From assembly GCA_023264735.1 (NCBI GenBank), contig JAHFVD010000022.1, positions 40,307 through 104,306 of the forward strand: a DNA stretch of 64,000 bases, in the 5' to 3' direction. Below, piece by piece: positions 59,475-64,000 of the stretch (position 1 is its first letter; every line of letters begins with the position of its first letter). Source of the DNA: Mycobacterium sp. Lineage in GTDB: Bacteria; Actinomycetota; Actinomycetes; Mycobacteriales; Mycobacteriaceae. The notes below the pieces were generated by a model, which was given only the letters and a program-made list of their open reading frames with translations, was not told where the DNA came from and searched no databases. The position numbers and the translations under genes were made by a program.

Positions 59475-59737
59475 TGTTGCAATACATGCGTAACCGCGCC
59501 GGCGTGAGCTGGCTGATCCTGGTGGCCTTGACGCTGGCGTCGTTCGCGCTGGGCGCCGATCACGACGCGGGATCACTGATCGCGGTGGGCGTCCTCGCGA
59601 TCGCCGCCTTCAAGGTGCGGCTGGTTGGCCTGGACTTCATGGAATTACGGCACGCCCCGATCCCCTTGCGGGCGGCGTTCGAGGTGTACTGCGTGGCGTT
59701 GTGGGCGCTGCTGTCCGGCCTGTATTTGTGGCTCTGA
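59474..59737 (+). CDS. small 3-TM protein, prokaryotic cytochrome oxidase subunit IV (CyoD-like) family
   Basis: The ATG at 59474 overlaps the preceding TGA (TGATG). 87 aa with KVRLVGLDFMEL, typical of this family. Confidence 0.65.
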   Translation: MLQYMRNRAGVSWLILVALTLASFALGADHDAGSLIAVGVLAIAAFKVRLVGLDFMELRHAPIPLRAAFEVYCVALWALLSGLYLWL

Positions 59738-60058
59738 CGCGCTCGGGGCCCCGTCTCACCGGTTGAGAGCACGGAGTACATGTCGCAGCTTTCCGTTGCG
59801 AGGATTCGCTTCGGGGCGCTGGTCGGCCAGATCGACGACGTTGATGCCCTGAGCGGCAAGCCCATCACAGAACTCCTCGTATCGCTCCGGGTGCTCGACC
59901 TCATTGCGCAGCCGCTGATCCCTGTCGCGCGTGCGCCTCGCCGGCGACAGAGGCACAAGTCCCGGACTCGGTAGCCATTCATCACCACGAAGAAGAGGAG
60001 TCTGTCGCCGTTCGAGTCACTTGCGACCAATTCACTCGGGCTCTGAAAGACTAACGAC

Positions 60059-61444
60059 ATGGCCTCCGGTGAGCGGAACGTCGAGCTCAGCTTGCGAAGC
60101 CTGGGCGCCGCCAGCACGGTCACCGGTTCCAAACATCTCCTGGAAGCCCAGGGCAACCGAATCTTGGTGGACTGCGGCTTGTTTCAGGGTGTGAAGAACG
60201 TCCGCGAGCTCAACTGGGCGCCGCTGGAGGTCGATCCTTCCAGTATCGATGCGGTCATCGTGACCCATGCCCACCTCGATCACACCGGCTACCTGCCCAA
60301 GTTGGTGCGCGACGGTTTCCGCGGGCCTATCGTGTCCACCGACGCGACCGCTGCTGTCGCCGAGATCATCCTGCGGGACAGCGCTTATCTGCAGGAGCGG
60401 GACGCGGCGTTCCTCAACAAACACCAGGCGAGCAAGCATCATCCTGCCCTGCCGCTGTATGACGGCGAGGACGCCCGTCGCGCAATCGAATTGTTCGACA
60501 CCCATCCGTTCGGACGGGAGTTCAGCCTGCCGGGGCCGGCCCCGGCGGTCACGTTCCGCCGAGCCGGCCACATTCTGGGCGCGGCGACCGTCGAGATCGT
60601 GTGGCATGGCCGCCGAATCGTGTTCACCGGGGATCTAGGGCGCTACGACGACCCGATCATGCTCGACCCTGACCCTGTGCCGGCTGCGGACTACCTGGTG
60701 ATGGAGTCGACCTACGGCGATCGCCTGCACGACCGCGCTGATCCGGCCGACGCCCTCGCCGAGGTCATCGATGCGACAGTGGGTCGCGGCGGCACCGTGG
60801 TGATACCGGCGTTCGCGGTCGGTCGTGCCCAGACGCTGCTCTATTACCTCTGGCGACTGCGCTCCGCCGGGAGATTGCCGGACATTCCGGTCTACCTGGA
60901 CAGCCCGATGGCGATCAACGCGAGTGATCTGCTCGGCGCTTATCGACATGACCACCGACTGCAGCCGGAAATCTACGAAGGTATGTGCGCCATGGCGACG
61001 TACACGCGCGAAGCCGAACAATCGAAGAAGATCTCGGCCAGTCGCGAGCCGAAGATCATCATCTCAGCCAGCGGGATGGCGACCGGCGGCAGAATCTTGC
61101 ACCACCTCAAGGCTTTCGCCCCGGATCCGCGCAACACGGTCATGGTGACCGGTTACCAGGTGCCGGGCACCCGCGGCGCAGCCATCGCCGCCGGCCAGCG
61201 ATACGTGCGGATTTATGGTGAGTGGACCCCGATCAACGCGCAAGTCGCGAACCTCGAGATGTTGTCCGCGCACGCCGACGCCGACGAACTCGTCCGCTGG
61301 GCCTCCGGGTTCAACGCGCCGCCACGGCAGGTGTTCGTCGTCCACGGGGAACCCCAGTCGGCGGATGCCCTGCGCACCCGACTGGACCGCGAGTTAGCCT
61401 GGCAGGCAACGGTTCCCAGGCCGAATCAGCTGTTCAGCCTTTGA
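60059..61444 (+). CDS. MBL-fold beta-CASP family hydrolase (RNA-metabolising metallo-beta-lactamase type)
   Basis: 461 aa with VTHAHLDHTGYLP, ESTYGD, beta-CASP motifs and a C-terminal HGE. Confidence 0.85.
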   Translation: MASGERNVELSLRSLGAASTVTGSKHLLEAQGNRILVDCGLFQGVKNVRELNWAPLEVDPSSIDAVIVTHAHLDHTGYLPKLVRDGFRGPIVSTDATAAVAEIILRDSAYLQERDAAFLNKHQASKHHPALPLYDGEDARRAIELFDTHPFGREFSLPGPAPAVTFRRAGHILGAATVEIVWHGRRIVFTGDLGRYDDPIMLDPDPVPAADYLVMESTYGDRLHDRADPADALAEVIDATVGRGGTVVIPAFAVGRAQTLLYYLWRLRSAGRLPDIPVYLDSPMAINASDLLGAYRHDHRLQPEIYEGMCAMATYTREAEQSKKISASREPKIIISASGMATGGRILHHLKAFAPDPRNTVMVTGYQVPGTRGAAIAAGQRYVRIYGEWTPINAQVANLEMLSAHADADELVRWASGFNAPPRQVFVVHGEPQSADALRTRLDRELAWQATVPRPNQLFSL

Positions 61445-62658
61445 TGCCCACCGGCGACGACGCCAAGCTGAACCGAACCCTCGGCCTGCCTCTGGTCACC
61501 CTCTACGGATTGGGCAACATCCTTGGTGCCGGCATCTACGTGCTCGTCGGGAAGGTAGCGGGGTTCGCCGGATCCAGTACCACGCTTGCCTTCCTCATCG
61601 CCATGGTCACGGCCGCGCTCACGGCGTTCTCCTATATGGAGTTGGCGAGCCGCTACCCCGTGAGCGCCAGCGTATCGGTGTACCTGCACCGAGCGTTCGG
61701 AAAGCGCTGGCTCTCAACGGCTATCGGCCTGACGATGGTCGGAGGCGGGGTCGCCTCGGCGGCGGCATTGGCCCAGGGGTTCGCCGGGTATCTGAACTCC
61801 TTCATCGCCGTTCCGACCATCGTGGCGAGCGTGGTCCTGCTAGTGGTGCTGGGTGCGATCGCGATCAAGGGGATTGGCGAGTCGGCGACGATGGCCGCCG
61901 TGCTCACCGGCGTCGAGGTGCTCGGTTTGGTGCTGGTGATCTGGTTTGGACGGCGAGCATTCACGACCATCGATGTCGGATATTTGGTCGCCATCGACCC
62001 AGCGGTCGGACTCGGTGGCGTCTTCGCCGGCGCATTCCTTGCCTTCTACGCCTTTATCGGATTCGAAGACATGGTCAACGTGGCTGAGGAAGTCAGAAGG
62101 CCCAGCCGGACCATGCCGCTGGCCATCCTTTTCGCGTTACTAGCCTCGACCGTTCTGTATCTGCTGGTCGTAGTGGTGTCGACGACACTGGTCCCTCCGG
62201 GCGAACTCGCCGACAGCGAGGCACCCCTCACGCTCGTTCTCCAGCGGAGCGGAACCAGCTATGGGATTTCCCTCAGTGTCATTGGCATGGTCGCCGCGAT
62301 GAACGGGATCATCGTGCAGATCGTCATGGGTTCGCGGATTATCTACGGACTGGCGCGAGAGGGTTGGATCCACGGCCGATTCGCCCGCATCCACGGGGCG
62401 TACCGGACGCCCGTGATGGCCACCGCCATTGTCGTCTTGGCGATGATCGCCGGCACCGCGCTGCTGCCGCTGGTGTCGCTGGCTCAACTCACCAGCCTGC
62501 TCGTGCTCATCATCTTTGCGTTGGTGAACGCCTCGCTCATCGTCATCAAACGGCGTCACCGCGATCACCAGGGGTACATCAGCGTTCCGGCCGCGATTCC
62601 CTATCTGGGTCTGGTGTCGTGCTTGGGAACAATCGCGTTCCAGGCTCTCAACTGGTGA
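61444..62658 (+). CDS. APC superfamily amino acid/polyamine permease
   Basis: The ATG at 61444 overlaps the beta-CASP stop (TGATG). 404 aa, GLGNILGAGIYVLVGK, about 12 TM. Confidence 0.85.
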   Translation: MPTGDDAKLNRTLGLPLVTLYGLGNILGAGIYVLVGKVAGFAGSSTTLAFLIAMVTAALTAFSYMELASRYPVSASVSVYLHRAFGKRWLSTAIGLTMVGGGVASAAALAQGFAGYLNSFIAVPTIVASVVLLVVLGAIAIKGIGESATMAAVLTGVEVLGLVLVIWFGRRAFTTIDVGYLVAIDPAVGLGGVFAGAFLAFYAFIGFEDMVNVAEEVRRPSRTMPLAILFALLASTVLYLLVVVVSTTLVPPGELADSEAPLTLVLQRSGTSYGISLSVIGMVAAMNGIIVQIVMGSRIIYGLAREGWIHGRFARIHGAYRTPVMATAIVVLAMIAGTALLPLVSLAQLTSLLVLIIFALVNASLIVIKRRHRDHQGYISVPAAIPYLGLVSCLGTIAFQALNW

Positions 62659-62831
62659 AGAAATGGGCTGTGTGGATCGGCACCGGTGGGGCGATGTGCA
62701 CCCCCGGCCGATACTTCACCCCCCACTGGGGTTTTTCGGCGTCTTCTGCACGCTGACATAGCGGTCGCTCGCGTGGACCGCATGATTTCCCGTGGCTACG
62801 GCAACGATCAGAGTCATAGAGCGAACGCTAT

Positions 62832-63497
62832 GTGACGCCACCGATAATTCTGGAGGGGTTTGGTATCCACAGTACGGCGGTCCCCGCTAGCCTGGCCGCG
62901 TATCCCCTAGCCACGTTCCGTCCAGCGCAAGCAAGACATACTTACGCCCACCCCGCTCCTGAGGTAGCGCGCCTTCACAAGCACGGTCTGTTGCACCGAT
63001 TAGCAGCCGGCTATTACGTCGTCGTGCCACACGGCATGGAGGGGCGCGGCTGGATGCCAGGGCTTGAATCCGCCGCGGCAGGCATCGCAACGGCGATCTA
63101 CGGGGCGGACAGCATCGTCGTAATGGGTCTCAGCGCGGCGCGGCTACACGGAGCAATCCCGCGCGCGCTGGCCACCGCGACAGTTGCCGTCCCTGAGCAA
63201 CACCGTCCCATTACGTTGTCTGACCGCACCGCGGTCGTCCGGTTCGTCAAACGCAACACCCAGGGCATCGACGCCGAACGCTACGAGACTGAGCTCGGAC
63301 CGACGCTGGTGACCACACCAGAGCAGACGATCTTGGACCTTGCCCACCGTCCAAAACTCGGCGGCGCCCAAATCGAGATTCCAGCCGCCGTCGCGGCACT
63401 GTACGAGCGCAGCGACAGGAACCGCGTGGAGTCCTTGGCGACCGAACAGCGACGCATCGCATCACTGCGTCGGGCGGAAACCTGGGCCCGACAGTGA
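62832..63497 (+). CDS. abiEi: type IV toxin-antitoxin system AbiEi-family antitoxin
   Basis: 221 aa, GTG start. N-terminal winged-helix-like region (LHKHGLLHRLAAGYYVV) and a C-terminal AbiEi-type domain (TTPEQTILDL). Its stop overlaps the start of an AbiEii-like frame (GTGA). Confidence 0.75.
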   Translation: MTPPIILEGFGIHSTAVPASLAAYPLATFRPAQARHTYAHPAPEVARLHKHGLLHRLAAGYYVVVPHGMEGRGWMPGLESAAAGIATAIYGADSIVVMGLSAARLHGAIPRALATATVAVPEQHRPITLSDRTAVVRFVKRNTQGIDAERYETELGPTLVTTPEQTILDLAHRPKLGGAQIEIPAAVAALYERSDRNRVESLATEQRRIASLRRAETWARQ

Positions 63498-64000
63498 ACA
63501 GCGATGAAAAGGCCCCCGTCGCCGAACAATTCGGCGTCGCGACCGAACAAGTCGAGCGCGATCACCTCATCTCCCATCTCCTCGCCCCTCCTAAGCCGGG
63601 ACTTCGGCGATCGGATTCACTTCATCGGTGGAACTGCGCTCGCCCGCACTCACGGACGACTCACCCTCGACCCGGCACTCAGCAGCGTGGCCGACACACG
63701 CGCGGCAATCCTTCGCACCTCCGAAGGACTGACAGTGAGAATCCAACTGCTGGTCCTCCCGTACCCGGATAGTGTGGCCGACTGAGCGTCGATCACTGGT
63801 CCAGCGGTATGCCGACGCTTCAGCCGCCGAGCTGTTGGTGCCCACCCTGCCCGCCTTCGCAGCATCCAAGACCGCGACGTGGGTCGACCGACAGGCCTCG
63901 CGCGATCTGTGGGATCTGTGGGCGCACAGTCAGCTAGGAGCCATCGACGCCATGGCCGAACGCCTCTATCGGCGCTACGGCCCGACCAACAAGCCACCGG
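63494..64000 (+). pseudogene. AbiEii/AbiGii-type nucleotidyltransferase toxin, decayed (three frames, internal loss), runs off window end
   Basis: One frame reads VAEQFGVATEQVERDHLISHLLA. A second frame continues LSRDFGDRIHFIGGTALARTHGRL and then hits a stop. A third frame reads AELLVPTLPAFAASKTATWVDRQASRDLWDLW. The GGTAL-to-RDLWDLW distance is only about 93 codons, well short of what I expect for the family. Confidence 0.55.

Overview
High-GC (roughly 65-70%) actinobacterial chromosome segment. Gene content and order match the conserved Mycobacteriaceae core. From memory of M. tuberculosis H37Rv, the order follows Rv1437/Rv1436 (pgk, gap) down to Rv1379 (pyrR), then Rv2533c-Rv2536 (nusB, efp, pepQ, membrane protein). 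Almost all core genes are on the minus strand and many are translationally coupled through overlapping stop and start codons. In order they are: pgk (partial), gap, whiA, yvcK, rapZ, uvrC, ribH, ribBA, ribE, lprG plus the P55-type MFS pump, ribD, rpe, rsmB, fmt, priA, metK, coaBC, rpoZ, gmk, mihF, pyrF, carB, carA, pyrC, pyrB, pyrR, nusB, efp and an M24 aminopeptidase. Accessory material is inserted between these blocks. (1) An ~8 kb insertion splits ribE from ribBA-ribH. It carries mgtE and two tandem paralogous ~950-980 aa secreted repeat proteins, each with a central region I cannot assign to any family. I consider this the most interesting locus. (2) A family-2 glycosyltransferase gene is degraded. 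(3) A LemA/DUF2207 pair ends in a 20-codon poly-Gly tract. (4) A 162-bp element with terminal inverted repeats and flanking TA duplications sits exactly between two convergent stop codons and looks like a MITE. (5) A methyltransferase-TetR-flavoenzyme module has a 24-bp palindrome. (6) The 3-prime end of the window (57.2-64 kb) looks like an accessory island. It holds an MBL hydrolase, an orphan CoxIII/CoxIV-like membrane operon, a beta-CASP nuclease coupled to an APC permease, and an AbiEi/AbiEii toxin-antitoxin locus whose toxin gene is decayed. I found no rRNA, tRNA or CRISPR array. All calls rest on reading the translated ORFs and the DNA by eye. No database search was run, so family assignments are motif- and memory-based.
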